DNA of 64,000 nt from Octopus vulgaris (GCA_951406725.2 OX597824.1:84444001-84508000), one strand, 5' to 3'; shown: positions 42,495 to 56,015, numbered from the stretch's first letter. Numbers and translations: made by a program. Notes: generated by a model from the sequence alone, not told the origin.

Positions 42495-45091
42495 GATGGT
42501 GAGCTGGCAGAAACGTTAGCATGCTGGGCAAAACGCTTAGCAGTATTTCGTTTGCCGTTACATTCTGAGTTCAAATTCCACCGAGGTCGGCTTTGCCTTT
42601 CATCCCTTCGGGGGTCGATAAATTAAGTACCAGTTACGCACTGGGATTGATGTAATTGACTTAATACCTATGTCTGTCCTTGTTTGTCCCCTCTATGTTT
42701 AGCCCCTTGTGGGTAATAAAGAAATAGGTATTTCATCTGTCTTTATGTTCTGGGTTCAAATTCCGCCGAGGTCAACTTTGCCTTTCATCCTTTCGGGGTT
42801 GATAAATTAAGTATCAGTTGCATACTGGGCTCAATCTAATCGACTGGCTCCTTCCCCCCAAAATATCAGGCCTTGTGCCTAGAGTAGATAAGATTATTAT
42901 TATTATTATTATTATTATTATCATTATTATTGTTATTATTATTATTATTATTATTATCATCATTATCATTATTATTACTATCATCATCATTAATGAGTGA
43001 GAAAGCAGTGCATGCCATCAAAGTGACACTGAGGTAAAATATACAAAGCCCAGTATACCCATCATGACCACCAGTCTGATAAGGGTACACCAGGCGCATG
43101 CATCACAACCATATGTGCGCGACATGGTGATCTCATCTCAAGATAAACAGCGCATGACCTTGCAGGTAGGGCCCAGTTAGAATTTTGTTCAGGTCGAGTA
43201 GCTTGTCCCACTCAAAAGGTCCCTGAATGTTGCTGTTGCTGTTGCTGCTGCTGCTGCTGTTGTTGTTGTCGTGGCTGTGGTGGTGGGGGGACAGTGGTGG
43301 TGGCAATGGTGGTATTTTAACTGAGTTTTCTTTTATCTTCTATTCTTTACTTGTATCAGTCACTGGACTGTGGCCATGCTGGGGCACTGCGCCTTGAAGG
43401 ATCTAGTTTAACAAATCAATCCCAGTATATTTTTTGTATGCCTGGTACTTATTCTATCGGTCTCTTTTTGCCACACCACTAAATTACAGGGATGTAAACA
43501 AACTAACACTGGCTGTCAAGTGGTGGTGAAGGACCAACACAAAGATATACGCATACACACCATATTTACATGCACACACACACATACATACACACATATA
43601 CTTGTACACACACACATTTGCACACACACATACACTTACATGCATGTGCGCGCACACACACACACATGCACAGAGACTTGCATGTGCACACACGCACATT
43701 CAGGCAATGGGCTTCTTTCAGTTTCCATCCACTTAATCTGCTCAGAAGGCTTTGATCAGTCTGAGGCTCATAATAGAAGACACTTGCCCATGGCACCATG
43801 CAGTAGGACTGAACCCAGAACCATGCAGTTGCGAAGCAAGCCTCTTACCACACAACCCTGATCTAACCTTTTTTCTTTTTATCATTTAAAAAAAGAAAAA
43901 AATTGAATTTCCTTTTCGAAAATGTTTAAATATGAATTTTGTTTGTAAATGTTAAAATTTCAAGAAAAAGAAGAAATGGAATAGGTTTTCTTTTCTTCTT
44001 TCTTTTCTACTTTTTTTCCTCTTTTTTTAACCATCTTAGTTAGAAGCAAGCGCTTCCATAATATCAGGGATTAAATTTCAAAGCTTGAATGATTTGAGAT
44101 TATCCTAGCTGGATTGGAAAAAAAATTAAAAAATAAATATATAAAGCCGCACACCAAAAGCAAAAAAAAAAAAAAACTCTCGTCTTCAACTAAAAAATTA
44201 GTTCTTTTATAATAACTTGAGTCTGGTTTCCATTCCAAATGGAAAGAATAACTCAAATAAACCAAACAATATAATGAATTTCAGCTGAATTCATTGATTA
44301 TTCCAAAAGATGTGTATTCTGTGGAAAATTTAGAATAGTTTAAATACTCTGTACATGTGTGTGCATTTGTATCTGCGTGTGCACATGTTTGTCTACGCGT
44401 GTATATACAATGCCACTTATTGTGTATAATAGATTTAAACAACGCAAGTACCGATACTATATAGTGCAATTAAAATCATCATCATCATTGTTTAATGTCT
44501 GCTTTCCGTGCTAGCATGGGTTGGACGATTTTGACTGAGGGCTGGCGAACCAGATGGCTGCACCAGACTCCAATGTGATCTGGCTGAGTTTCTACAGCTG
44601 GATGCCCTTCCTAATGCCAACCACTCCGAGAGTGTAGTGGGTGCTTTTTACGTGCCACCAGCACGGGGGCCAGTCAGGCAGTGTACTAATACATAGTACA
44701 TTCATCATCGTCGTCGTTGTCGTCGCTGCTGCCGTCGCCGCCATTGTCATCGTCAGAGGGAGAGGAAGAGAGTTGGAACAGGTTTCTGGGTCATGGACTG
44801 GTCTAAGGGGTTTTTTACAGTCTTCTAAAGAATTGTTATATAATGTTAACTTTTCAATGTTTTGTATGTGTCAGATGGAATTTGTTGAGGTAGATTTTTC
44901 AATGGCCAGATTGCCCTTCCTGTGTTGCCAAAAACATCACCTGCTTCCATGTAAAGGTAATATTTTCTACCGTGGTCAAATATGTTTTTCAAGGAAGGGT
45001 GGAAATGGTCAACACCACTTGTATGACTGTGATGCTCATCTACAACCATTGCGTAACATCAAGATATAGGTACAGACAAACATACATGCAC

Positions 45092-45136
<45 letters not shown>

Positions 45137-46633
45137 GAGAGGGAGTTACGCACTGGGGTCGATGTAATCGACTTAATCCTTCTGTCTCTCCTTGTCTGTC
45201 CCCTCTGTGTTTAGCCCCTTGTAGGTAGTAAAGAAATAGATACTTAGTGTATTTCACTTTTTTGATACTTACCTGTCTGAAACCAACTCTGCGGCATTTG
45301 TTATTGCAGACTCCACATTTTATAGTGTTAATATTTAAACTGAAAATTTTCCATCTATCATATTATGTAAAAATCTTTTGTTCAATTATGCACCAAACAC
45401 TGTCTTAATTGTGAAAAAGTTAATTATTTTTACTAATCCACACAGATTCTTTGTTATTTTCAAAATTAATTGAAATGCATAGACAGTGTGTTAAATTGGA
45501 AGTATGGTAATGAAAAAAGCTAAAATGTGTGTGTTCTACAACATGGTGTGTCTTGAATATTAGAATAGAGTTATTTCTAATAATTGAATAAGGAACAAGA
45601 TTTTAATTTTGTGAGATCACACTCTTTCTTTGTTTCTCTTTCTCTCTGTTCCTCTTTATCTCTCTCTCTGTCCCATCCCCTCCCCCAAATTTTATTTTGG
45701 TTTCCAGTCTCAGAATTAGTTTACAAAATTATAAGAAATTCTAAAAGTAATATTAGAACAACAAGACTTCTTGTTATGATCGTTTGGTTAATGATTGCAA
45801 ATAGTATCAAACAGATTTAAGAAACAAAATCCATTATTATAGAAGAGGGCTGGCGAATTTCTATTAAATCACAAGTTTGCCCACCAACCACATTAATTAA
45901 CACGACTGTTCACTGCTTTACTGTTGTTGTTGTTGTTGTTAATATCAGAAATGGCAACAAACTGGCAGAATTGTTAGCACACCAGGCGAAATACTTAATA
46001 GTATTTCGCCTGTCTTTACGTTCTGAGTTCAAATTCCGCAAATGTTGACTTTGCCTTTCATCCTTTCGGGGTCGATTAAATAAATACCAGTTTCACACTG
46101 GGGTCAATATAATCGACTTAATCCGTTTGTCCTTGTTTGTCCCCGTTGTGTGTAGCCCCTTGTGGGAAATAAAGAAATAAGAATTGTTAGCACACTGGGT
46201 AAAGTGCTTAGTGACATTGTGTCCATCTTTATGTTCTGAGTTCAAATTTCGCTGAGGTCAACTTTGCTTTTCATCCTTTCTGTGTCAATGAAATAAGTAC
46301 CAGTTGAGTACTGGGGTCCGTATAATTGGCTTAACCACTCCTGGGTGAGAGTATAAAAACTGCAACCCCTGCCACTCTGCCAAGCCATGTTGAGCCAGTG
46401 TGGCAGAGTAGGCTCATCAAACCAGTATGATCTCAAACTAATGCTCGTAGCTTAGTTTTTCTTTGGGGCTGGCCAGATCAGAGCGATCTCAAGATTAATC
46501 AGCCGAAATTGCAAGGATGATCCAGTTCTTGACTGAAGATTAGAGGCTTCGAATGACCCCTCGGTTTTTTTGTGTCGTCTATTTGAATGTTTTGCGTTCT
46601 TGTCCCATTTTGTATTTTTATATATATATTTTT

Positions 46634-46676
<43 letters not shown>

Positions 46677-47312
46677 ATATGTATGTGTCAGTCTTTATTC
46701 CCTACCACTTTTTGACAATTAGTGTTGGTGTGTCTATGTCTAAGTTCAAATTTTGCTGAGGTCAGCTTTGCCTTTCATCTTTTTAGGGGTCAATAAATTA
46801 AGTAACACCAGTTGCATACTGGGGACCAATCTAATTGACTGCATCCCCCAAAATTTCAGGCCTTGTGCCTAGAATAGAAAAGAACCAAGCCATATTTTCA
46901 CCTCCTTCAATCGTCCTATTGAGCTTATTCAATTTTGAGCATTTTCTGGACGTGGAAGCTACAGTAGCAGGATGTGATGAAATCGACCATGAATCATACA
47001 AACAAACAGAACAAGTCATTTGTTGACGATGACATGTGGTGCTGCGAAGAGCAGTAAACAGCCTCAACAGTGATTCAGTGGTTCGGTCGTGTAATTGATA
47101 CTTTCTTCCTTTTTTTTTCTTTCTTTCTTTTCTTTTTTTTTTCATTCCAATTGTATCCTGTTAAAGCTTCGCTAACTTTAATTACGGTATTTATATAATT
47201 AAGTTTTCTGCTCTGTATTTTCATTTATTCAAACTAATAGGCGGAGGCAATATAGCAAGGGATAGAGAGACAGAGGAACTTATGTGTATGTATGCATGCA
47301 TATATATATATA

Positions 47313-50300
47313 TCATCATCATCATCATCATCATCATTTAGCGTCCGTTTTCCATGCTAGCATGGGTTGGACGGTTCTGCTGGGGTCTGTGAAGCCAGAA
47401 GGCTTCATCAGTCCAGTCAGATCCCTGGCAATGTTTCTACAGCTGGATGCCCTTCCTAACGCCAACCACTCCGAGAGTGTAGTGGGTGATTTTATGTGCC
47501 ACCATCTGCAATTTCCATTGATCGATTTCCATTGATCGATTTCGATTCTGATCCTCACTTGCCTCAATGGGTCTTCACAAGCAGAGTTTCGACATGCCAC
47601 CGGCACTGGTAGCACATCCGCAATTTCCATTGATCGATTTCGATTCTGATCCTCACTTGCCTCAACACGTCTTCACAAGTAGAGTTTTGTGTCCCAAGAA
47701 GGGAAGGTATGCATACGTAGGCTGGCTCCATCCCATGTAGAAGGCCACGGGTTGTGGACTCACTTGTCCTGCCGGGTCTTCTCGCGCACAGCACACTTCC
47801 AGAGGTCTCGGTCTCTAGTCATTTCCTCGGTGAGACCTAAAGTTCGAAGGTCGTGCTTCACCACCTCGTCCCAGGTTTTCCTGGGTCTGCCTCTTCCACA
47901 GGTTCCCTCAACCGCTAGGGTGTGGCACTTTTTCACACAACTATCTTCATCCATTCTCGCCACATGACCATACCAGCGCAAACGTCTCTCTTGCACACCA
48001 CAACTGATGCTTCTTAGGTCCAGCTTTTCTCTCAAGGTACTTACACTCTGCCGAGTGTGAGTACTGGCATTACACATCCATCGGAGCATACTGGCTTCAT
48101 TTCTAGCGAGCTTACGCATATCCTCAGCAGTCACGGCCCATGTTTCACTGCCATGTAGCATGGCTGTTCGTACACACGCATCATACAGTCTGCCTTTCAC
48201 TCTGTGCGAGAGGCCTTTTGTCACCAGCAGAGGTAAGAGCTCTCTGAACTTTGCCCAAGCTATTCTTACTCTAGCAGTTACACTTTCAGCACACCCGCCC
48301 CCGCTGCTGACTTGGTCACCTAGGTAACGGAAACTATCAACTATTTCTAGTTTTTCTCCCTGGAAGGTGACAGAAGTTGGTCTCAGAGCATTTTCAGTGT
48401 TTATTGTTCCTGAGCATCTGCCACATACAAAAACCATCTTCCTAGTTAGCCTTCCTTTGACATTGCTGCATCTCTTATGTGTCCATAGCTTACACTTGGT
48501 GCATCTTATAGAGTTTCTACCTACACCTTTTCTACAGATCGAGCAGGGCCATCTACCTGAAGGTGTTTGTGATTTGTCTACCTTCCTACTGATTACGACT
48601 TTGGTTTTAGCTAGATTGACTCTGAGGCCCTTCGATTCTAATCCTTGTTTCCACACCTGAAACTTCTCCTCCAGTTCTGATAGCGACTCAGCAATTAGAG
48701 CAAGGTCATCAGCATAGAGGAGCTCCCAAGGGCATCCTGTCTTGAATTCCTCCGTTATTGCCTGGAGGACTATGATAAATAGGAGGGGGCTGAGTACTGA
48801 GCCTTGGTGGACCCCTACCTCTACCCGGAATTCTTCACTGTACTCATTTCCAACCCTCACCCTACTAGCGGCGTCCCTATACATGGCCCGCACAGCTCTC
48901 ACTAACCATTCATCTATCCCTAGTTTTCTCATTGCCCACCAGATAAGGGATCGGGGGACCCTGTCGAAGGCTTTCTCCATGTCAACAAAAGCCAGGTACA
49001 GGGGCTTATCTTTGGCTAGGTATTTCTCCTGCAGCTGCCTTACCAGGAATATAGCATCAGTAGTACTTTTCCCTGGCACAAACCCAAACTGCATCTCATC
49101 TAAACTAACTCTCTCTAATTAGTTGGGCTATGACCCTCTCCGTAACCTTCATCACCTGGTCCAACAGCTTGATACCTCTGTAGTTGTTTGTATCTAGGGC
49201 ATCACCTTTACCTTTGTAGCAGTTGACTATTATACTGCTACACCAGTCATTGGGTATGACCCCTTTGTGTATCACCTGATTAACTATATGGGTGACTAGG
49301 CTATAGCCGACACTACCAGACATTTTGAGCATCTCTGCAGTGATTCCTGATGGGCCTGGGGCTTTCCCTGTCTTCATGCTTCTAATTGCCTTAGCTACCA
49401 CAGAACTATCAACTCGGATAGCTGGTCCCTCTGTTGGGTCAACATTCGGCAGACTCTCTTTATCCCATTCATTTTCTTCATTCAGCAACCTTTCATAGTG
49501 GCATCTCCAAACCTCTCTCTTTGCATCCTCATTTAGCGCAAGTGAACCATCTTCCATGCGAACACACTTCTCTCCTACCACATCACGATTCTCTCTCACA
49601 CACTGTCTTGCAACACGAAACACCTCCAGTCTTTGGTCCTCACGGCGCAGAACATTGGCAAATTTTTTTCTTATCTGCTTCCCCTCTGGCTAAATAAACC
49701 TGTCTCCTAGCTTCTCTTTTGGCAGTCTGATACAATTCCCTGCTACCCCCATTTTTCCAGACCTTCCAAGCCTGTCTCTTTTCTCTAATAGCCCTGTCTA
49801 CAATATTGTTCCACCACCACGTTATTCTAGGTCGAGAGGGGACTTTGCACCAGCCACAGATCTGGTCAGTGGCTCTCAGCAGGTTGTCCCTTAGAAACGT
49901 CCAGCTGTCTTCTACCCCCTGTGATGCTCTATCCCCTTCTACTTCGTCAGAGGCTTCAAGTAATATGTCCCTAAATCTCTGTCCATTTGCAGGATCTTTA
50001 AGCTTCCAGATCCTTCTTCTCCATATTTGTCGTCTTCTGGTTGTCCTCCTAGTCCTGATCCTAAAGTCACTAACTACCAGTCTATGTTGTGGGGTACATT
50101 CTTCACCTGGGAAGGTTTTGGCATTTATAAGCAGCCATCTCTCCCTTTGCCTTGTAAGGATGTAGTCAATTTGGCTGGTATGTTGGCCCGATTGGTAAGT
50201 GACTAGGTGGCTGGTAGGTTTCCTGAAGTTAGTGTTGCAAATCATAAGATTATTTGCATCGCAGAACTCCAGCAGCCTGGTTCCCTCCTCGTTGCGGGAG

Positions 50301-50890
50301 CCATAGCCGTAGCCTCCATGTACGCCATGGAAGCCCCCAGCATGTCGTCCAACGTGACCATTGAAGTCACCAGCCACAAAGATAAGGTCTCTGTCGTTCG
50401 TCAATGAGGTAGTCTGCAGTAGAGTGTCATAGAATCGGTCTTTCTGTCCATCGGGTAGCCCCGACTGAGGAGCATAGGCTGATATAATGGTTGCTAAACT
50501 ATGATGAAGCACTAATCTAATCTTAAGTATTCTGTCACTTACTCTGATTACCTCAATTACTTTATCTACCCATTTCTCAGCGATAAGTATACCCACGCCA
50601 CCAACCCCGTCAGTATTCCCTGCCCAGAAAATCTTGTACCTGCGTTCCTTGCCTGTGAGGAACCTAGCTGATCCTCCTCTCCACCTTATTTCTTGCATGC
50701 AACATATATCCACACATCTCCGTTCAAGCATCTCGACTATCTCACCAGACCTACCTTTCAGAGTGCCAACGTTGAGGGTGCCAACCCTGAGGGTGTGGAA
50801 GGCATGGGCTCTAGAGACCCTGGGACGGTGGACAGTAGCTTCGTGTACCTGAAAAGAAAGCTCGCATTTGGCAGAATTCATGTGCAAAAA
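47313..50890 (-). mobile_element. Near full-length RTE-clade non-LTR retrotransposon (LINE) with (GAT)n tail
   Basis: Single APE+RT ORF broken into three frames, a 3' UTR, and the terminal module GGTTGGCGTTAGGAAGGGCATCCAG...CATGCTAGCATGG...(GAT)n. Both ends abut (TA)n. Confidence 0.95.
47760..50881 (-). pseudogene. RTE ORF (APE endonuclease + reverse transcriptase + inserted PHD-type finger), about 1040 aa if two frameshifts are corrected
   Basis: EN motifs GTLNV, MQE, SAYAP, GDFN, IDYI, QHRLV. RT motifs QFGF, FVDMEKAFD, GVHQGSVLSP, YADD (48705-48716), YLG. RTE C-terminus RLRWYGHV...GRGRPRKTW. Frameshifts at 49663-49669 and 49109-49116. Confidence 0.93.
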
Positions 50891-50977
<87 letters not shown>

Positions 50978-50980
50978 TAT

Positions 50981-51164
50981 CATCATCATCATCATCATTT
51001 AACGTCCGCCTTCCATGCTAGCATGGGTTGGACGGTTCAACTGGGGTCTGGGGAGCCCGAAAGCTGCACCAGTCCAGTCAGATCTGGCAGTGTTTCTACA
51101 GCTGGATGCCCTTCCTAACGCCAACCACTCCGAGAGTGTAGTGGGTGATTTTATGTGCCACCGA

Positions 51165-51165
<1 letters not shown>
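50981..51165 (-). mobile_element. RTE 3'-tail module directly upstream of the LINE
   Basis: Same terminal ~165 bp and (GAT)n as 47313-47503. Confidence 0.85.
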
Positions 51166-51195
<30 letters not shown>

Positions 51196-51429
51196 ACGTA
51201 CACACGCACACATATATAAATATTTATCAGAAGTGGCTGTGTGATAAGTAGCTTGCTTGCCAGTCACATGGTTCTGGGTTCAGTCTCACTGCATGGCACA
51301 TTGGGCAAGTGTCTTCAACTATAGCCTCGGGCTGACCAAAGCCTTGTGAGTGGATTTGGTAGACGGAAACTGAAAGAAGCCCGTTGTGTATATATATATA
51401 TATAGTAGATATGTATGTATGTGTGTGTA

Positions 51430-51750
51430 TCATCATCATCGTTTAGCATCCGCTTTCCATGCTAGCATGGGTTGGACGGTTCAACTGGGATCTGGGAAGC
51501 CAGAAGGTTGCACCAGGCCCAGTCTGATCTGGCAATGTTTCTACGGCTGGATGCCCTTCCTAACGCCAACGACTCCGTGAGTGTAGTGGGTGGTATTTTA
51601 CTTGCCACCGACACAGGTGCCAGACGAGGCTGGCAAACGGCCACGATCGGATGGTGCTTTTTACATGCCACTAGCACGGAGGCCAGGCGAGGCTGGGAAC
51701 GGCCACGGTTGGATGGTGCTTTTTACGTGCCACCGGCACAGAGGCCAGTA
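51430..51750 (-). mobile_element. RTE 3' UTR/tail fragment
   Basis: Tail module plus GTGCCACCGGCAC subrepeats. Flanked on both sides by (TA)n-GTAGAT, which is TSD-like. Confidence 0.85.
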
Positions 51751-51787
51751 TTTATATATATATATATATAGTAGATGTGTGTGTATG

Positions 51788-51845
<58 letters not shown>

Positions 51846-52347
51846 GCATTGGCAATTAAAAATATATATGAAGGAAGAAAGATTTGTAAAGTAGCGATGG
51901 ATTTGTGTGTGTGTGTGCGCGCGTGTGCATGTGCACACATGCATTAAGAGAGGGGGAGAGACAGATTTGAATAGTGGTAGCAGTTAAAATGGAGAGGAGA
52001 GAAACATTTATATATTGATGATTATAAGGTTATTATTGTTTGTATTATTATCGAGAGAGAGGGAGAGAGAGAGAGAGAGAGAGATGAGGGAGAGAGAAAG
52101 ATACTTTGTATAGTGAGAGGAGAGAGAGAGAGATGACTTGATGCAACGGTTTTATGTGATCTGCCAAGATGTGAATTGATTGTATGTTGGAAGAGGCGGG
52201 GTAGCTTCGTTCGTTATTTTTAATTTTTAATTTAGAAATCAGTTTGTTTTTAATTTGTATTTTTTTTTTGTTTTTGTCCAAACTATTTTCCTCTTGGCAT
52301 GGAGGTTTAATTTATTGTTTTCTACTAATTAGAATTTATAAAACACT

Positions 52348-52500
<153 letters not shown>

Positions 52501-52706
52501 ACTTTCTACTATAGGCACAAGGCCTAAAATTTGGGGGATGGGAATAGTCGATTACATTGACCCCAGTGTTTCACTGGTACTTAGTCTATCAACCCCGAAA
52601 GGGTGAAAGGCAAAATCGACATTGGCAGAATCCAAATTGGAGTGACGAGCAAAATACTGTTTAGCATTTCATCCAGCGTACTAATGGTTCTGCCAGTTCA
52701 CCGCCT

Positions 52707-52757
<51 letters not shown>

Positions 52758-52959
52758 GTAGTAGTAGTAGTAGTAGTAGTTTCAAATTTTGGTACAAGCT
52801 TAGCAGTTTCATGGTTGGGAGTAAGTCAATTACATCAATCACTGTGCTCAACTGGTACTTATTTTACCAAGTTGGATGAAAGGCAAAGTCAGACTCAGTA
52901 GAATTTGAACTCCAAATTGTAAAGACAGATGAAATTCTGCTAAGGATTGTTAAATTGTT

Positions 52960-53620
52960 AGCATGGCATGGATACCAGTCAGGCGGTACTGGTATCAGTC
53001 ATGCTCTAATGTTGCTTTTTATGTGCCACTAGCATAGGTGCCAGTCAGGCAGTACTGGCATTGGCCACACTTGAGAGGTGCTTTTTACATGCCACCGGCA
53101 TGGGTGCCAGTCAGGTGGCACTGGCATTGGCCATGACTACCATTTCACTTGGTTCAACAGGTCTTCTCAAGCATGGCATATTGCTCAATGATTGAAGGGT
53201 GCTTTTAAATGGGCCAATTATGCAACACTGGCATCAGCCATGACTATGATCTCACTTAGCTTGCCGGGTCTTCTCAAGCACAGCATACCTACGAAAGGTC
53301 TTGGTCGCTTGTCATTGCCTCTGTGAGGCCCAACATTCGAAGGTCGTGCTTCACCACCTCATCCCATGTCTTCCTGGGTCTACCTCTTCCACAGGTTCCC
53401 TCCACTGATAGTGTGTGACACTTCCTCACACAGCTGTCCTCATCCATGTGCAACATATGACCATACCAGTACAGTCATCTCTCTTGCACACCACATCTTA
53501 TGCTCCTTATGTCCAACTTTTCTCTCAAGGCGCTTACAGTCTGTCATGTATGCATATTGACATTACACATCCAGTGGAGTATACTAGCTTCATTTCTTTC
53601 AAGCCTATGCATGTCCTCAG
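52960..53620 (-). mobile_element. Degenerate RTE 3' fragment
   Basis: Matches 47780-48130 (gaaggtcgtgcttcaccacctc, catatgaccataccag) plus 3' UTR subrepeats. Confidence 0.85.
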
Positions 53621-53999
53621 CATGTGTGTATATACATATACACATGAATGCATCTGTGTCTTTGTGTTTGTGTTTGTCCCACACCACTGCTTGGCAACAA
53701 ATGTTGATTTATTTACATAGCCAAAGCTTAGCGGTTTGGTTAATGATATGGATAGAATAAGTACCGGACTTTAAAAGGTACAGGGGTTGATTTGTTTAAC
53801 TTAATGATGTCAAGGCGGTGCCCCAGCATGGCCACAGTCGTATGACTGAAGCAATTAAAAGATAAAAGATGACAAAGTGCTAAAATAACACCAGATATAA
53901 CAACAAAAATAAAACCAACAACAACTTCAAACTGGTCAAACGACAAAACTAGACACATCTTTTATGTCTAAATTAAGAACCATGGTAATCATTTATTAT

Positions 54000-54239
54000 T
54001 TTTATATTATTTACATTTGACAGATATTTGTCCTCATCTTGTTTGTTGTTAACACATTTCGGTTGATATACCCTTCAGGTGTCTTGGGGAAATTTTGAAC
54101 CTGGGTTCTCGTTTCTAAGGTATTTTCCGATGTTATTATTATTATTATTATTATTGCTATTGTTCAGGTTACTGCTTGGAATCAAACTCGGAATCTTGGG
54201 GTTAGAAGCCCACGCTCTTAACCACTACACCATATGCCC
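54000..54239 (-). mobile_element. tRNA-headed short element with (AAT)n spacer and a hammerhead remnant
   Basis: GGGCATATGGTGTAGTGGTTAAGAGCG...GAGTTTGATTCC head, then GACAC-CTGAAG-GGT..ACC-GAAA-T-GTGTT at 54051-54083. Confidence 0.55.
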
Positions 54240-54589
54240 ATGGGCAATTAGGGAGTGAATTTTAGGGCTTATAAATCTAATATTTTTCTATCCTTCCTTA
54301 ACACTGGTTCCTGGGTATACCCAGATATGAGTGCTGCTCATATCTGCACTCCGTCTGCTTAGAAGGTTGTTGTGTCCTAGCATATGTGCTGCTTCTTTTA
54401 GTTTTCATATTTTCCAGTGGTGTTCTCTGTCTATTATTTTAACTTCATCCCACAGGGGGAGGGGGGGGGTTCCATTTTTCCATACATAAGCAGCTATACC
54501 TGATTTATCAATATCTCCCCATGTCACAGCTTTGTTGAATGTAAATAATGTACATTATTCCTCATCTCATAAATATAGAACTGTATTTA

Positions 54590-55830
54590 TCATTTTGTCC
54601 ATCTGAGTTCAAATTCTGCCGAGGTTGAATTTGATTTTCATCTTTTGGGGCCCAGTTATGCACTAAGGTTGATGTAATTGACTAATCCCCTCCCACAAAA
54701 TTCCAGGCCTCTTGCCTATAGTAGAAAGGATAGATGCAGCCTTCTGGCTCACCAGCCCTCAGTCAAACCGTCCAACCCATCTTTATGTTATGAGTTCAAA
54801 TTCCAACTGGGTCAACTTTGCCTTTTGTCCTTTAGGGATTAATATAATAAGTACCAGTTGAGCAGAGGGGGTCAATGTAATCAACTAACCCCTTCCGCCA
54901 AACAACATGGTTAGGAAACAAAACTTGTTAATCACACAGCTATTCCTGCCCCAATATATTTAGTAAGCATAAGGTGGCAAGCTGGCAGAATCGTTAGCAT
55001 GCCGGGCAAAATGCTAAGTGGTATTTCGTCTGTTGTTACGTTGTGAGTTCAAATTCCGCCAAGGTCGACTTTGCCTTTCATCCTTTCGGGGTCGATTAAA
55101 TAAGTACCAGTTATGCACTGGGATCAATGCAACCAACTTAATACCTATGTCTGTCCTTGTTTGTCCCCTCTATGTTTAGCCCCTTGTGGGTAATAAAGAA
55201 ATAGGTATTTCCTCTGTTTTAAGGCAGCAAGCTGGCAGAAATGTTAGCATGCCGGGTGAAACCCGCAGCCGTATTTCATCTGCCGTTACTTTCTGAGTTC
55301 AAATTCCGCTGAGGTCAACTTTGCCTTTCATCTTTACGGGGTTGATAAATTAAGTACCAGTTACGCACTGGGGTCGATATAATGGACTTAATCCGTTTGT
55401 CTGTCCTTGTTTGTCCTCTCTGTGTTTAGCCCCTTGTGGGTAGTAAAGAAATAGGTATTTCATCTGTTTTTATGTTCTGAGTTCTAATTCCGCCGAGGTT
55501 GACTTTGCCTTTCATCCTTTTGGGGTTGATAAATTAAGTACCAGTTGCATACTGGGGTCGAGCTAATCAACTGGACCCCTCCCCCAAAATTTCAGGCCTT
55601 GTGCCTAGAGTAGAAAAGAATATATTCTGTAGGCATAAGGTGGCAAGCTGTTAGAACTGGGCAAAATGCAAAACAACATTCTGTCCATCTTTATGTTCTG
55701 GGTTCAGAGTCAACTTTGCCTTTTGTCCTTTTGGGATTGATAAAATAAGTGCCAGTCAAGCACTGGGACTGATGTAATTAACTTAGCCCCCCTTCCTTTC
55801 CCCGAAATTGCTGGCCTTGTGCTAAAATTT
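54590..55830 (+). mobile_element. Cluster of same-orientation SINE B copies and bodies
   Basis: At least six GAGTTC...GCCTTTCATCC units in ~1.2 kb. Confidence 0.85.
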
Positions 55831-56015
55831 GAAACGAATATAACGTAGTATAATAAGAAATAAAAGATTAATATAATATAGTCTATTAGTAAGAAAATAG
55901 CAATGTAATATAGAAATATAACAGTATATATTGATGAGTTTTAACAGTTCATTCCAATACAGATCAGATGTGCAGAGGAAAACACTAGCACATGTTGTCG
56001 TGTTTGTATAAAGAA

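Noticed and set aside
46880-47100. Unique CpG-containing stretch as a coding exon
   Set aside because: Open frames exist on both strands, but splice signals are weak and there is no recognisable protein motif.
47388-47415. CUGAUGA followed by a hairpin in the LINE tail as a hammerhead
   Set aside because: No GAAA box or helix III, and not conserved in the other tail copies.
48367-50852. Plus-strand ORFs overlapping the LINE
   Set aside because: Antisense shadows of the RTE ORF.
50882-50998. N-terminal [14 protein letters not shown] extension of the 452-aa ORF
   Set aside because: Derived from the flanking (GAT)n/(TA)n tract; the plausible start is the ATG at 50881.
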